A stretch of DNA of 64,000 bases from an uncultured delta proteobacterium (GCA_963798485.1 CAWCTR010000014.1:352001-416000); one strand, 5' to 3'; numbered from the stretch's first letter, positions 41,066-51,742 are shown. Made by a program: numbers and translations. The notes: generated by a model not told the origin, from the letters alone.

Positions 41066-42775
41066 ATGGTAAAGATTGAAATGAGCCTCGGCCCTTACCG
41101 GGTTGCCGTGGAAGATGCCTTTAAGAAAATAGACAACAACAAGATAATCAAGCGGATCTGGGACATGGACCATACGGTCTGGAAGATGGAGCCAAAAGAG
41201 ATCACCAACAGACTCGGCTGGCTCAGAAGTCCCATGAACATGAGGCAAAGGGTCATGGAGCTGAAGACGTTTACCGATGAAGTGCGCTCTGAGCGTTATA
41301 CCCATGCACTTCTGTTGGGCATGGGCGGGTCATCTCTGGCCCCTGATATGCTGAGAAAGACCTTTGGCGTTCAAGACGGTTTCCTTGACCTCGCGGTGCT
41401 CGACAGCACCGATCCTGCCGCTGTTGCGGCTCATGCAGGAGCTGTTAATCCTGAAAAGCGCCTTTTCATCGTGTCTTCCAAATCAGGTACCACTGCCGAG
41501 GTGCTGTCCTTTTTTAAATATTTCTATAACCAGACCATACGTTCCGTAGGCAAAGACAAGGCAGGGGAGCATTTCATTGCCATCACGGACCCGGGGAGTC
41601 CTTTTAATGAGGTTGCCTCAAAGTTGAGGTTCCGCAAGGTCTTTGCCGGGGATACTACTATCGGCGGCCGTTTTTCTGCTTTATCCGTTTTCGGCCTTGT
41701 CCCGGGATCTCTCCTCGGTATGGATACGACACTGCTGCTGGAGCGTGCAATAGCCTCTGCTGAGGCCTGCGGACAAAACGATTGCTCGTGGTCAGGCCTC
41801 AATGACGGCTGTAAGCTGGGGGCGGCCCTGGGTGCCCTGGCCTGTGCAGGAAGAGACAAGCTGACCTTCTTCATTGCAGAAAAGGTTGCAAGTTTCGGCG
41901 ACTGGGCGGAGCAGCTCATTGCAGAGAGTACCGGTAAGGAAGGGAAAGGCATACTCCCGGTGATCGGCGAGCCCCCTGAGCGCCCCGAGTTGTACAGTAA
42001 TGACAGGGTCTTCATCTCCATGAAGCTCCCCGGTGATGATACCATTGAGCCTGAATTGGGCAGGCTCTCAGATGAAGGTCACCCCGTGATACGGGTCTTC
42101 CTGGATGACATTTATGACCTGGGCGGCCAATTCTTTCTCTGGGAGTTTGCCGTGGCCGTTATAGGCCATGTCCTTGGGATCAATCCCTATGACCAGCCTG
42201 ATGTCGAATCAGCCAAGGTGCTCTCACGCAAGGCCATGGACGAATACCGGCGCAACGGCCGCCTGAGCACCCAGGTCCCATCCCTTATCAACAAGGAAAT
42301 CTCTGTGTTTTCCGACTTACCTTCTTCGGACCTGCGCCGGGTGATGCAGGATTTTCTTCTCCCTGTACAAGAAGGCTCCTATATCTCTATCCAGGCTTAC
42401 CTAAACCCCGCCCGTGAGACTGAAAGGGCCTTACAGGCTTTCAGGCAGGGCCTCCTCGATAAATACCGTATCCCGACCACGCTGGGCTTCGGCCCTCGTT
42501 TTCTCCATTCCACCGGCCAGCTCCACAAAGGCGATGCCGGGAAAGGTCTCTTTATCCAGATAACCTGTGATGATGCGTTTGACCTGCCCATCCCCGACGA
42601 GGCAGGCTCAGAGCGTTCGTCCATGACCTTCGGCATCTTGAAGGCGGCCCAGGCCATGGGCGACGGGGAAGCCATCAAGGCTGCCGGCAGGCAACTCATC
42701 AGGTTTCATATCTCAGGGCCTGATATTACTGCGGCTATTAACCGGATAGCACAAGAGGTTCATAGCGCATCATAG
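41066..42775 (+). CDS. pgi: Glucose-6-phosphate isomerase (Tal/Pgi-type)
   Basis: GMGGS, SKSGTT, GGRFS, EQLIAESTGK, NPYDQPDVE. Confidence 0.9.
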   Translation: MVKIEMSLGPYRVAVEDAFKKIDNNKIIKRIWDMDHTVWKMEPKEITNRLGWLRSPMNMRQRVMELKTFTDEVRSERYTHALLLGMGGSSLAPDMLRKTFGVQDGFLDLAVLDSTDPAAVAAHAGAVNPEKRLFIVSSKSGTTAEVLSFFKYFYNQTIRSVGKDKAGEHFIAITDPGSPFNEVASKLRFRKVFAGDTTIGGRFSALSVFGLVPGSLLGMDTTLLLERAIASAEACGQNDCSWSGLNDGCKLGAALGALACAGRDKLTFFIAEKVASFGDWAEQLIAESTGKEGKGILPVIGEPPERPELYSNDRVFISMKLPGDDTIEPELGRLSDEGHPVIRVFLDDIYDLGGQFFLWEFAVAVIGHVLGINPYDQPDVESAKVLSRKAMDEYRRNGRLSTQVPSLINKEISVFSDLPSSDLRRVMQDFLLPVQEGSYISIQAYLNPARETERALQAFRQGLLDKYRIPTTLGFGPRFLHSTGQLHKGDAGKGLFIQITCDDAFDLPIPDEAGSERSSMTFGILKAAQAMGDGEAIKAAGRQLIRFHISGPDITAAINRIAQEVHSAS

Positions 42776-42817
42776 CTGCAACCGAAATGGAGAATGTGAT
42801 TACACAAAGGAGATCGC

Positions 42818-44296
42818 ATGGCTCGCTATGATTATGATCTCGGGATCATCGGCGGTGGTGCTGCAGGACTGACTGCAGCTGCAGGTGCTGCACAGTTCGG
42901 GGCAAAGACCATCCTCATGGAAAAGTCCGGTCGCCTCGGAGGGGACTGCCTGCACTTCGGCTGTGTGCCCTCCAAGACACTCATCCATACGGCATCCGTT
43001 TGGGCGCTGGCCCGCAGGTCTAAAGAGTTCGGCCTGCCCGGTTTGGCGTTGCCGACCGTAGACCTCGGCGCAGTCATGGACAGGGTAGCCGGGGTGATAG
43101 AGACTATTCAGCACCACGACTCGACTGAACGTTTCTGCTCGCTGGGTGCACTTGTCCGATTCGGTGAGGCGGTATTTGTGGATGATCATGTCGTGAACCT
43201 GGACGGTAAGGGCATCTCCGCCAAGAGCTGGATCATCGCAACAGGGTCTTCCCCTGCCCTGCCGTCGATTGATGGCCTGAACGATGTCCCTTACTGGACG
43301 AACGAGACCGTGTTTTCTCAGCGAACGCTCCCAGGGCGTCTTATCGTGCTCGGCGGCGGACCCATCGGATGCGAGATGGCCCAGTCATTCGCACGTCTCG
43401 GATCAAAGGTCACCATCATAGAGTTCCTGGATCAGATCCTTGGCGTTGAAGACGCCGATATGGCTCAAATCCTTAAAAATCAGCTCATGTCAGAAGGTGT
43501 GCTCATCCATACCGGCACCAAGGCCATACGGGTGGAAAAAAGAAACAAGGGCATCCTTCTCACCACCGGTCCTGCCCGGGGAGAGGGGCCTGAGCGAGTC
43601 ATCGAGGCTGACGCCCTGCTTGTTGCAGCAGGAAGGAAACCGAATGTGGATGGCCTCTCCCTGGAGGCGGCTGGGATTCATTACACGCCTAAAGGCATCC
43701 CGACAAATGACCGCCTGAAGACGAACATCCACCATATCTATGCCTGCGGGGATATAAACGGGGTAATGCCCTTCACCCATGTGGCAGGCTATGAAGGAGG
43801 TATTGCCCTTTCAAACGCAGTCCTGCGCCTCCCGCGCAGGGCCGATTACACTCGCGTCGGATGGTGTACCTATACCTCCCCGGAGATAGCGAGCATCGGA
43901 CTCAATGAGAAACGCGCTCAAGAGGAAGGCACCAGGTATAGCGTAATCGAAGAGCTTTTCAGCCAGAATGATCGGGCCCTCGCCGAGGGAGAGCCTAAGG
44001 GCAAGATCAAGCTGTTGCTGGACGGTGGTGGCAAGCTGCTGGGCGCTCAGGTCATCGGGGTTCATGCCGGAGAGCTCATACATGAATGGATCCTTGCCAG
44101 GAACGGCAAGGTAGGCCTATCAACCATGGCAGGAACTATTCACCTCTACCCGACATTATCCGAGATCTCCAAACGTGCTGCAGGAAATTACTTCGCCTCG
44201 AGGCTTTTCTCGGATAAGACCCGGTCTGTTCTCAGACTGCTCTTCAATCTTAAGGGGCGGGCGTGTACTGTGGATAATGATATGCCTGGAAAATAG
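42818..44296 (+). CDS. FAD-dependent pyridine nucleotide-disulfide oxidoreductase (LpdA/MerA-like)
   Basis: GGDCLHFGCVPSK, HLYPTLSE; lacks the MerA C-terminal Cys pair. Confidence 0.85.
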   Translation: MARYDYDLGIIGGGAAGLTAAAGAAQFGAKTILMEKSGRLGGDCLHFGCVPSKTLIHTASVWALARRSKEFGLPGLALPTVDLGAVMDRVAGVIETIQHHDSTERFCSLGALVRFGEAVFVDDHVVNLDGKGISAKSWIIATGSSPALPSIDGLNDVPYWTNETVFSQRTLPGRLIVLGGGPIGCEMAQSFARLGSKVTIIEFLDQILGVEDADMAQILKNQLMSEGVLIHTGTKAIRVEKRNKGILLTTGPARGEGPERVIEADALLVAAGRKPNVDGLSLEAAGIHYTPKGIPTNDRLKTNIHHIYACGDINGVMPFTHVAGYEGGIALSNAVLRLPRRADYTRVGWCTYTSPEIASIGLNEKRAQEEGTRYSVIEELFSQNDRALAEGEPKGKIKLLLDGGGKLLGAQVIGVHAGELIHEWILARNGKVGLSTMAGTIHLYPTLSEISKRAAGNYFASRLFSDKTRSVLRLLFNLKGRACTVDNDMPGK

Positions 44297-44302
44297 ACAC
44301 CA

Positions 44303-44824
44303 CTAAAACGACTTTATCTCCCAGATACCCTCATCGTTCTTTATAAAGATAAGATCACTCGAATAAGAATAGATCTTGTCTATCGGTATCTTGATCTTAT
44401 ATTCTGCACAATTTGCCCCTTTGACCCCGATGAACTTGATGTCTTCCATGTATTTAAGGACAGGGACGCGCTGTTCCGATGTAGCGGCAGACAGGAGCAT
44501 CTTGTGTATCACCCTCATATCCTTGTCGAAATAAGTAGAAGCTTTATCGATATCATCATTGGAAAGGGCCTTGACCATTCCCTGCCAGCGAGTCCTCAGC
44601 ATGGTATCGAGCTCTTCCAACTCATTGGTTGTCCACTTCTTGTTTGATTCGCGCAGCTTTATCTTCAGGGAGATAACCTTGTTCACCTGATCCTGAGAAA
44701 AGCCGGACAGTTGCATCTCTTCCACAAGCTGTATCTCATCATCAGTCAGCATTGTCTTGCAATGCGAAACGGTTGGGAGAAAAAACAAACCGATTAGCAG
44801 CGAACAGAAAATGAACGACCTCAT
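44303..44824 (-). CDS. Exported hypothetical protein
   Basis: GGAGG SD, signal peptide, NTF2-like C-terminal GIWEI. Confidence 0.6.
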   Translation of the reverse strand: MRSFIFCSLLIGLFFLPTVSHCKTMLTDDEIQLVEEMQLSGFSQDQVNKVISLKIKLRESNKKWTTNELEELDTMLRTRWQGMVKALSNDDIDKASTYFDKDMRVIHKMLLSAATSEQRVPVLKYMEDIKFIGVKGANCAEYKIKIPIDKIYSYSSDLIFIKNDEGIWEIKSF

Positions 44825-45082
44825 CGTAGTACCTCCATCAAATAACCAAGAGCGTTTCATAGTGTTACAAATATCTCAGCAGAATTAATACATTAAATAT
44901 ACTTTTACACCATATCGGGTGTCTTTCCAAGGGGGCATTTTCAGCAATTTATTCATTTTGGGTATATTACAGCCGATTGACTATAAAGCAAGTATGTGGT
45001 TAGATATATATGTAGCTATTTGTTTTGATGGTACATGACCTTTGTGCTCATGTTTTATTTAAATGTATGAGGAGGATCAGAA

Positions 45083-47050
45083 ATGAAGAGCTCTACTTTT
45101 GCTATGATATTGTTTTTTATCACTGTTGCATCTCCCGCATGTTTTGCCGGGGATAAGACCTACCGTATCGAGGTACTGCAGGTAACAAATATTGAACCCT
45201 ACCAGAAATCATATGAGGGTTTCCTCAAGGTACTCGAGAATAATGGCATCGCTCAGGGGAAGAACCTCACCATCAATCGTACCATCATCGACTTCGATAT
45301 AGAAAAGGCCGGTCTTTGGAAAAAGGTGGGGGTCCTCCTTCGGATAAGAAGCGAGGCATCAAGGATCGTGGGCGCTAAGCCCGATCTTGTCCTTACCATA
45401 GGCACACCCGCCACCAAGTATGCGAAAGAGAAAATAATCAGCGCGGGGATACCGCTTGTATTCACGGCAGTAGCAATCCCCGAGGCTGCAGGGTGTGAAT
45501 CCCTAACCCAGGCCGGCCCTGGTTTTACCGGAGCTACCCTGCACATGAATATGCAAGAGTCGCTGAAAAAGGTGAAGCTCGCCTTCCCCTCAATCAAGAT
45601 TATGGGGATTGTCCACAGTGATGATGAAAACGCGATTGCCCATGTTGAAGAGGCCCAGAAATATGCCGCTTCATTCGGGCTTACGTTTATCACAAAGGAG
45701 GTCGGAAAGAGCGAAAGCATCGTGGAGGCACTTGAGGAGCTTGCAGCCAAAGGGGCGCAGGCCTTCTGCGTACCGCTTGATACCTATTATGGTGTGCGGA
45801 ATTATGAGGCATGCCGGGCCCTCGAGATGTTTTCCAACAGGACCAAGCTCCCGGTCATCAGCTTTGCCCTCATGAGGGTCCCCGGGGCCATGATGTATGT
45901 GGGTTCAGATTTCCAAACCATCGGCGAGCTGTCTGCAGATCAGGCTGTCAAGATCCTCAAGGATGGGGCAAAACCCGAAAGCCTGCCTGTCCTCATGCAA
46001 CACGAGCCTAAAATCCTTGTGGATAAGAACCGCCTTACGGATTTCAACCTTCAGCTGCCGACAGATATTATGAATGCCGCACAGATCGTTGATTTTACCC
46101 GTGAGAAAATATTCCGGGTCGAGGTGCTCCAGGTGACTGATATTGAACCTTTTCAGAAATCATACGAGGGCTTTATTGAAGTACTGAAAAAGAACGGCCT
46201 TATAGAAGGTAAGAACCTCCTCATGAACAGGAAGATTATCGATTTTGATATGGAGAGTGCAGGCTTGTGGAACAAGGTAGCAGTTCTCATGAGGATCAGG
46301 TATGAAGCCTCTCGAATCGCTGAATTGAGGCCTGATCTCGTCCTTACCATCGGCACCCCTGCCACAAAGTATGCGAAAGGTACGATTATAGATGCCGGGA
46401 TTCCTGTTGTATTTACGGCAGTCGCCATTCCCGAGGCCGCAGGATGCAGGTCAAAAACCTTTGCAGGGCAAGGGTTCACCGGGTCAACACTCTATATGAA
46501 TATGCACCATGCCTTGAAGATCGTGAGGCTGGCCTTCCCGAATATAAAACGCGTGGGCATCATCTACAGCGACGACGAGAATGGTATTGCCCACATGGAA
46601 GAGGCAACACTATACGGTCCTGAGGATGCGGGGCTGACATTCATTTCCAGAGAAGTGGGCAAGAATGATTCAATCATACCTGCAGCCCAGGATCTCGAAA
46701 AGAGTGGTGTGGAGGCATTTGCCGTTCCTTTGGACACCTACTATGCATTACGGAAATATGAGGCGGCAAAGGGATTAATGAATTTTTCGCTAAAAACGAA
46801 GATCCCGATTTTCAGCTTCGCCCTGGTAAAAATGCCCGGTGCCATGATGTATGTAGGGTCGGATTTCACTACTATCGGAGAGCTTTCCGGGACTCAGGCA
46901 GTCAAGATTATTAAGGACGGGACAAGGCCTGAAAGCCTGCCCATTCTCAGACAGGAAGATCTTAGGATACTTGTCGATACGAATCAACTCAGAGAATTGC
47001 ACTATAAACTACCCCTGGAAATCCTCGAGATAGCCCATGATGTTGAATGA
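45083..47050 (+). CDS. Protein with two tandem ABC_sub_bind substrate-binding domains
   Basis: Internal duplication (IEVLQVTNIEP / VEVLQVTDIEP; PDLVLTIGTPAT x2); signal peptide. Confidence 0.85.
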   Translation: MKSSTFAMILFFITVASPACFAGDKTYRIEVLQVTNIEPYQKSYEGFLKVLENNGIAQGKNLTINRTIIDFDIEKAGLWKKVGVLLRIRSEASRIVGAKPDLVLTIGTPATKYAKEKIISAGIPLVFTAVAIPEAAGCESLTQAGPGFTGATLHMNMQESLKKVKLAFPSIKIMGIVHSDDENAIAHVEEAQKYAASFGLTFITKEVGKSESIVEALEELAAKGAQAFCVPLDTYYGVRNYEACRALEMFSNRTKLPVISFALMRVPGAMMYVGSDFQTIGELSADQAVKILKDGAKPESLPVLMQHEPKILVDKNRLTDFNLQLPTDIMNAAQIVDFTREKIFRVEVLQVTDIEPFQKSYEGFIEVLKKNGLIEGKNLLMNRKIIDFDMESAGLWNKVAVLMRIRYEASRIAELRPDLVLTIGTPATKYAKGTIIDAGIPVVFTAVAIPEAAGCRSKTFAGQGFTGSTLYMNMHHALKIVRLAFPNIKRVGIIYSDDENGIAHMEEATLYGPEDAGLTFISREVGKNDSIIPAAQDLEKSGVEAFAVPLDTYYALRKYEAAKGLMNFSLKTKIPIFSFALVKMPGAMMYVGSDFTTIGELSGTQAVKIIKDGTRPESLPILRQEDLRILVDTNQLRELHYKLPLEILEIAHDVE

Positions 47051-47108
47051 ACTCAATAATGTATTTATCACACAACCCGTTCACAACGGGTGAAGCAAGA
47101 AAAGGCCA

Positions 47109-47131
47109 AGGGGCAGGATATGCCTGCCCCT
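47109..47131 (-). terminator. Hairpin downstream of the cold-shock gene
   Basis: AGGGGCAGG-ATATG-CCTGCCCCT. Confidence 0.55.
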
Positions 47132-47140
47132 GTGAACTGC

Positions 47141-47341
47141 TTAGGATTTGCTGACGTTTGAAGCCTGGGGCCCCTTAGGTCCTGCAACAATGTCGAATGT
47201 TACACGCTGACCCTCTTCAAGGGATTTAAACCCTTCCCCATTGATCGATGAATGGTGCACGAAAACATCTTGTCCACCGTCTGCTGTGATGAAACCGAAT
47301 CCTTTTGAATCGTTAAACCATTTTACTGTTCCCTGTGCCAT
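47141..47341 (-). CDS. cspA: Cold-shock protein
   Basis: KWFN, KGFGFI, DVFVH. Confidence 0.95.
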   Translation of the reverse strand: MAQGTVKWFNDSKGFGFITADGGQDVFVHHSSINGEGFKSLEEGQRVTFDIVAGPKGPQASNVSKS

Positions 47342-47691
47342 TGATTACCTCTTAATCCAGATCCCAGTTCGGCAAAACCTTGGGTCTGTGTTTGTGTATT
47401 TCTGAAAACAGAATGTATCGTAAAAGAATTTTGCTTAGAGTGTATCCGAAGGTACCATTCGTAAGGCAAGATTCGAGTCAGATATATTCATATTTCAGAT
47501 ATGAAATGTTCATAAACGTGAAGCGGGACACTGTCAAGCACTAAATACCTTCATGAGAATTTTTCATTGATGTGCATGCCGTTTACCCATACCGAGCCAC
47601 CCTCTATCCAGGCCCTTGAAAAACATTTTATATTCCCTAACAAGTAAGCTACTATTACAATTATTGAGATCGGACTCCAGGGGAGACCATA

Positions 47692-48837
47692 ATGCCGTTA
47701 TTCCTGCTCGTCATCTTTGGCCTATATAGCGCCGTTCATGTCTATACCTTCTTAAAGATCAAGGCTGCCTTTCCTTTCGGGCTTGTTCCCGGCATCTTCC
47801 TGGGCGTCTTCATGGCTGTCATGACATGCGCCCCTATTCTTGTAAGGATACTGGAAAGGCATGGGTATGACCTTACGGCACGCCTTATGTCTTATATCGG
47901 GTATAGCTGGATGGGTATCCTCTTTATCTTTTTCTCGCTGTCTCTTCTGTTCGATCTCTATCGACTGTTCATATATACAGCCGGTCTCTTCTTACACAGG
48001 GATTTAGCAGCAATCATACCTCCGGCTGCAATCTCCTTTCTCACATTGACGTTTCTTGCCCTATGCATTGCCGTCTACGGCTACCACGATGCCCTGAATA
48101 TCCGTCCGGAGATGATAATCATCAGGACATCAAAGATCCCTGAAACGATTCACCGGCTGCGGATTGCCCAGATCTCAGATGTCCACCTCGGCATCATTGT
48201 CAGACAGGGACGTTTGCAAAGGATACTCAAGGTGCTCCATGAGGCGAACCCTGACATCCTCGTCTCGACGGGTGATCTTGTAGATTCTCAGATCGACAGC
48301 CTGTCAGGCCTTGCTGATACCATCAAGGAGATCCGGCCTCGATATGGGAAGTATGCCGTTACCGGCAATCACGAATTCTATGCAGGGCTCCCGCATGCCC
48401 TGGAAATAACAACAAAGGCCGGCTTTACTGTCTTAAGAAACGAGGCAGTCAGCGTCTCCGGACTCATCAATATTGCAGGTGTCGATGACCCCACCGGCAA
48501 ATATCTCGGCCTGTCAAGCGGTATACCGGAAGAGCAACTGCTTTCGCGGCTTCCGAGAGATACATTCACCCTGCTCCTCAAACATCAACCCATAATCCGT
48601 GAAGGCTCGCTTGGTCTGTTTGATCTTCAGCTCTCAGGGCATACCCACCAGGGACAGATCTTCCCCTTCAGGTACTTGGTGCAGATCTTCTTCTCCCATA
48701 TTGCCGGGTGGTACGATCTCCCGAAGGGGTCTCATCTATATGTCAGCCGTGGAACAGGGACCTGGGGACCCCCGATCCGCTTTCTCTCCTCACCTGAGGT
48801 CACGGTGATCGATCTCATCCATGAGAGTCAGTATTGA
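47692..48837 (+). CDS. Membrane-anchored metallophosphoesterase
   Basis: DVHLG, GDLVD, GNHE, GHTH. Confidence 0.9.
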   Translation: MPLFLLVIFGLYSAVHVYTFLKIKAAFPFGLVPGIFLGVFMAVMTCAPILVRILERHGYDLTARLMSYIGYSWMGILFIFFSLSLLFDLYRLFIYTAGLFLHRDLAAIIPPAAISFLTLTFLALCIAVYGYHDALNIRPEMIIIRTSKIPETIHRLRIAQISDVHLGIIVRQGRLQRILKVLHEANPDILVSTGDLVDSQIDSLSGLADTIKEIRPRYGKYAVTGNHEFYAGLPHALEITTKAGFTVLRNEAVSVSGLINIAGVDDPTGKYLGLSSGIPEEQLLSRLPRDTFTLLLKHQPIIREGSLGLFDLQLSGHTHQGQIFPFRYLVQIFFSHIAGWYDLPKGSHLYVSRGTGTWGPPIRFLSSPEVTVIDLIHESQY

Positions 48838-48903
48838 GTGGGGCCTTGTAAGTTTAATGACAAATCCTTATTATGAATTGATATCACATGATGGAGGTAT
48901 CTA

Positions 48904-49446
48904 ATGGCACGGGACTCAAGAGATACGAAGAAGAAAAAGGTTGTCGAGGTTCTCAACAACGCACGCTCCCTGGAGCTCAAGGCTATCTATCAATACATGA
49001 ATCAGCACTATAACCTGGACAACATGGATTATGGTGATCTGGCGTTGAAGGTCAAGCTCATTGCCATTGACGAGATGCGCCATGCCGAGATGTTCGCAGA
49101 GCGGATCAAGGAGCTCGACGGCGAACCTACTGCAGAACCGGCGGCTAAGATAGAGAAAGGGCAGAAGGTCGAGGTCATCTTCCCCTTTGATGCTGCGCTC
49201 GAGGACAATGCCATCGATACCTACAACCAGTTCGTGCTGGTATGCAGGGAGAACGGCGACAGCACAAGCATGAAACTCTTTGAGACCATCATCGATGAAG
49301 AGCAGATCCATTTCAATTACTTTGACAATGTCGGAGAACATATAACCAAGCTTGGCCCGGCATACCTTTCACAGATTGCCGGGACACCAGCCGACACCGC
49401 AACACCAGCGCAGGGCTTTATCGCGGCAAAAGGCGGCGCTGCATAA
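48904..49446 (+). CDS. bfr: Bacterioferritin
   Basis: ELKAIYQY, DEMRHAE, EEQIH ferroxidase ligands. Confidence 0.88.
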   Translation: MARDSRDTKKKKVVEVLNNARSLELKAIYQYMNQHYNLDNMDYGDLALKVKLIAIDEMRHAEMFAERIKELDGEPTAEPAAKIEKGQKVEVIFPFDAALEDNAIDTYNQFVLVCRENGDSTSMKLFETIIDEEQIHFNYFDNVGEHITKLGPAYLSQIAGTPADTATPAQGFIAAKGGAA

Positions 49447-49464
49447 AATAACTTTTAGAGATGA

Positions 49465-49490
49465 AGGGGCGCGTTTGCTGCGCCCTCTTT
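49465..49490 (+). terminator. Probable intrinsic terminator after bfr
   Basis: GGGCGC...GCGCCC stem followed by TCTTT. Confidence 0.45.
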
Positions 49491-49514
49491 CATCCATATC
49501 TTCCGAGGGAACGC

Positions 49515-49730
49515 ATGGGGCTGTTTAAACTCGATGCTCAGCTTCTTATCACTACTGCAGTTGTGTCTCTTGTGGCCACAGTTGCTATCGCCCTCATGAT
49601 TAATATGGTCCAGCCCGGATTAAACGTTTTCAAGGGCGGTATCGCCCTGTTCGTTTATATAGGCGTCTTCACAGCCAATCTCATCATTGAGGCTGCCCGT
49701 CAACGATCTGATAAAAAACAGGACCTGTAG
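49515..49730 (+). CDS. Small two-TM membrane protein
   Basis: GAGGGG SD; two hydrophobic segments. Confidence 0.55.
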   Translation: MGLFKLDAQLLITTAVVSLVATVAIALMINMVQPGLNVFKGGIALFVYIGVFTANLIIEAARQRSDKKQDL

Positions 49731-49801
49731 CAGGAACCTATTTTATATTATTATATCGTTAAATTAACCCATAAACCTCTTAAATTCTGCGATTTAATTC
49801 A

Positions 49802-49831
49802 TTGACAAAATGAATGGCAATTCATTATAAT
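49802..49831 (+). promoter_or_regulatory. Sigma70 promoter TTGACA-18-TATAAT with embedded TetR-type operator
   Basis: AATGAAT-GGCA-ATTCATT palindrome at 49809-49826. Confidence 0.75.
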
Positions 49832-49883
49832 GCTCGCGCTCTTAGGTAAGACTCCACTAAAAACCGTGAAGGAGAATTAAAAC

Positions 49884-51713
49884 ATGGCATCTAATTTCCT
49901 CTATTCAACCCGTGAACAGAAATTCATCCTGAAAGAATGGCTCGACATGTCAAGGGTCTTTGAGACCGGACGCTTCAAAGGCGGTTACAGCGTCGATGAC
50001 ATCGACTCCATCCTTGAAAACGCCATGAAGATCGCCAAAGAGGTCGTGGCCCCTACGAACGAAGACGGCGACACCAAGCATGCCGTATACACAGACGGCA
50101 AGGTCACTGTTCCAGAATCCTTTAAAAAGGCTTACTGGGCTGTCCAGGAAAACGGCCTGGGTTCAAGCAATGGCGACCATACCGATCCCAGCTCCATGCC
50201 GCTATGCGTGATGGGGGCTACCAATGAATACCTCGCAGCCGCAAATGCCGCATTAGGCCCTTATGCCATGGCTACCACCGGTTCAGCCGGCCTGATCAGG
50301 GATTTCGGCAGCGACAAGGTAAAGAATATATTCCTGCCCAAGATGTTCTGCGGCCAGTGGGCTGGTACCATGGACCTTACCGAGCCCAACAGCGGCTCGG
50401 ATGTCGGCGACATCTCGACCAAGGCCTTCCCCACCGAAGAGCCCGGCATATACAAGATCGTGGGCACCAAGTGCTTCATCACCGGCGGCGAGCAGGATAT
50501 CACCGAGAACATTATCCACCTGGCACTGGCCCGCATCGAGGGCTGCGTCCCCGGCACCAAGGGTATATCCCTGTTTGTGGTGCCCAAGTACTGGCCGACC
50601 GAAAACGGCGAGAAGGGCGATTTCAACGACGTGAACTGCGGCGGCATCGAGAACAAGATGGGCCTCAGGGGCTCGGCCACGGCAATCGTGAACTATGGCG
50701 AAGAAGGCAAGTGCCGCGGCTACCTGCTCGGTGACGCCCCGGTTGACGGACGAGGCCAGGGCATGGCCCAGATGTTCCAGATGATGAACGAAGAGCGCAC
50801 AGTAACCGGCCTGGCCGCAATGTCGGCGGCAACGGTAGCCTACAACAATGCATGCATGTATGCCGGCGGGCGCGTCCAGGGCCGGCAACTCACCAACCCC
50901 AAGGCCGGAAGGGTGCCCATCATCAACCATGAAGACCTGCGCCGCATGCTCATGTACCAAAAGTCCATCACCGAGGCATCCCGGGCCATGATCGCGTTTT
51001 CCTACTACGTCATGGACATCGCCGAGAACACGGCCGACGAGAACGAGCGCAAATGGGCCAAGGCCTATGTGGAGGTCAATATTCCCATCGTCAAGGCGTG
51101 GTGCTCGGACATGGCGTTCCTCTCCATCTCCGAGGCCATGCAGTGCTACGGCGGCTACGGGTTCTCCGAGGAATACCCCATTGCACAGCAACTCAGAGAC
51201 TGCCGGATTTACCCCATCTGGGAAGGCACCAACTACATCCAGTCTATGGACCTCATCGGCCGCAAGTGGATGATGGCCGGTGGCCAGGTCTTTGCCATGT
51301 GGCTCGGCGAGATCGAGAAATTCGTGGGTGCCAACAAGGACAATGCCGCACTCTGTACGCAGATCGGCCTGCTGGAAGAAGCGCTTACCACCTACAAGGA
51401 CATCCAGATGACCATGGCCGGATACCTGGGACAGGGCAAGTTCGGCATGATCGGCTTCTTTGCAACCCGCATCCTGCATGCCTCCGGTTATCTCTATGGG
51501 GCAAAACTCCTGTTGGAGCAGGCAGTAATCGCCCAGAAAAAGATCGATGAACTGGGCGATAAGCATTTCGACTATCCGTTCTATGCAGGGAAAGTTGCTT
51601 CAGCGAAGTTCTTCTGCCACAACATCCTGCCCACGGTTGGAACAATCCTTCGGGTCATCAAGGAAGGTGACAATTCCGTCATGGAAGTGCCCGAGGCAAC
51701 CTTTGCACTCTAG
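49884..51713 (+). CDS. Acyl-CoA dehydrogenase
   Basis: LTEPNSGSDV, MFQMMNEER, GGYGF, IWEGTN. Confidence 0.95.
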   Translation: MASNFLYSTREQKFILKEWLDMSRVFETGRFKGGYSVDDIDSILENAMKIAKEVVAPTNEDGDTKHAVYTDGKVTVPESFKKAYWAVQENGLGSSNGDHTDPSSMPLCVMGATNEYLAAANAALGPYAMATTGSAGLIRDFGSDKVKNIFLPKMFCGQWAGTMDLTEPNSGSDVGDISTKAFPTEEPGIYKIVGTKCFITGGEQDITENIIHLALARIEGCVPGTKGISLFVVPKYWPTENGEKGDFNDVNCGGIENKMGLRGSATAIVNYGEEGKCRGYLLGDAPVDGRGQGMAQMFQMMNEERTVTGLAAMSAATVAYNNACMYAGGRVQGRQLTNPKAGRVPIINHEDLRRMLMYQKSITEASRAMIAFSYYVMDIAENTADENERKWAKAYVEVNIPIVKAWCSDMAFLSISEAMQCYGGYGFSEEYPIAQQLRDCRIYPIWEGTNYIQSMDLIGRKWMMAGGQVFAMWLGEIEKFVGANKDNAALCTQIGLLEEALTTYKDIQMTMAGYLGQGKFGMIGFFATRILHASGYLYGAKLLLEQAVIAQKKIDELGDKHFDYPFYAGKVASAKFFCHNILPTVGTILRVIKEGDNSVMEVPEATFAL

Positions 51714-51742
51714 GCATGGCATACACCAATAAAAAGTAAAGA

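Noticed and set aside
42818-44296. merA call
   Set aside because: Lacks the C-terminal Cys-Cys pair and there is no mer operon context
50283-51566. Long antisense ORFs (also 33663-34739 and 20415-21236)
   Set aside because: Shadows of GC3-rich real genes on the opposite strand
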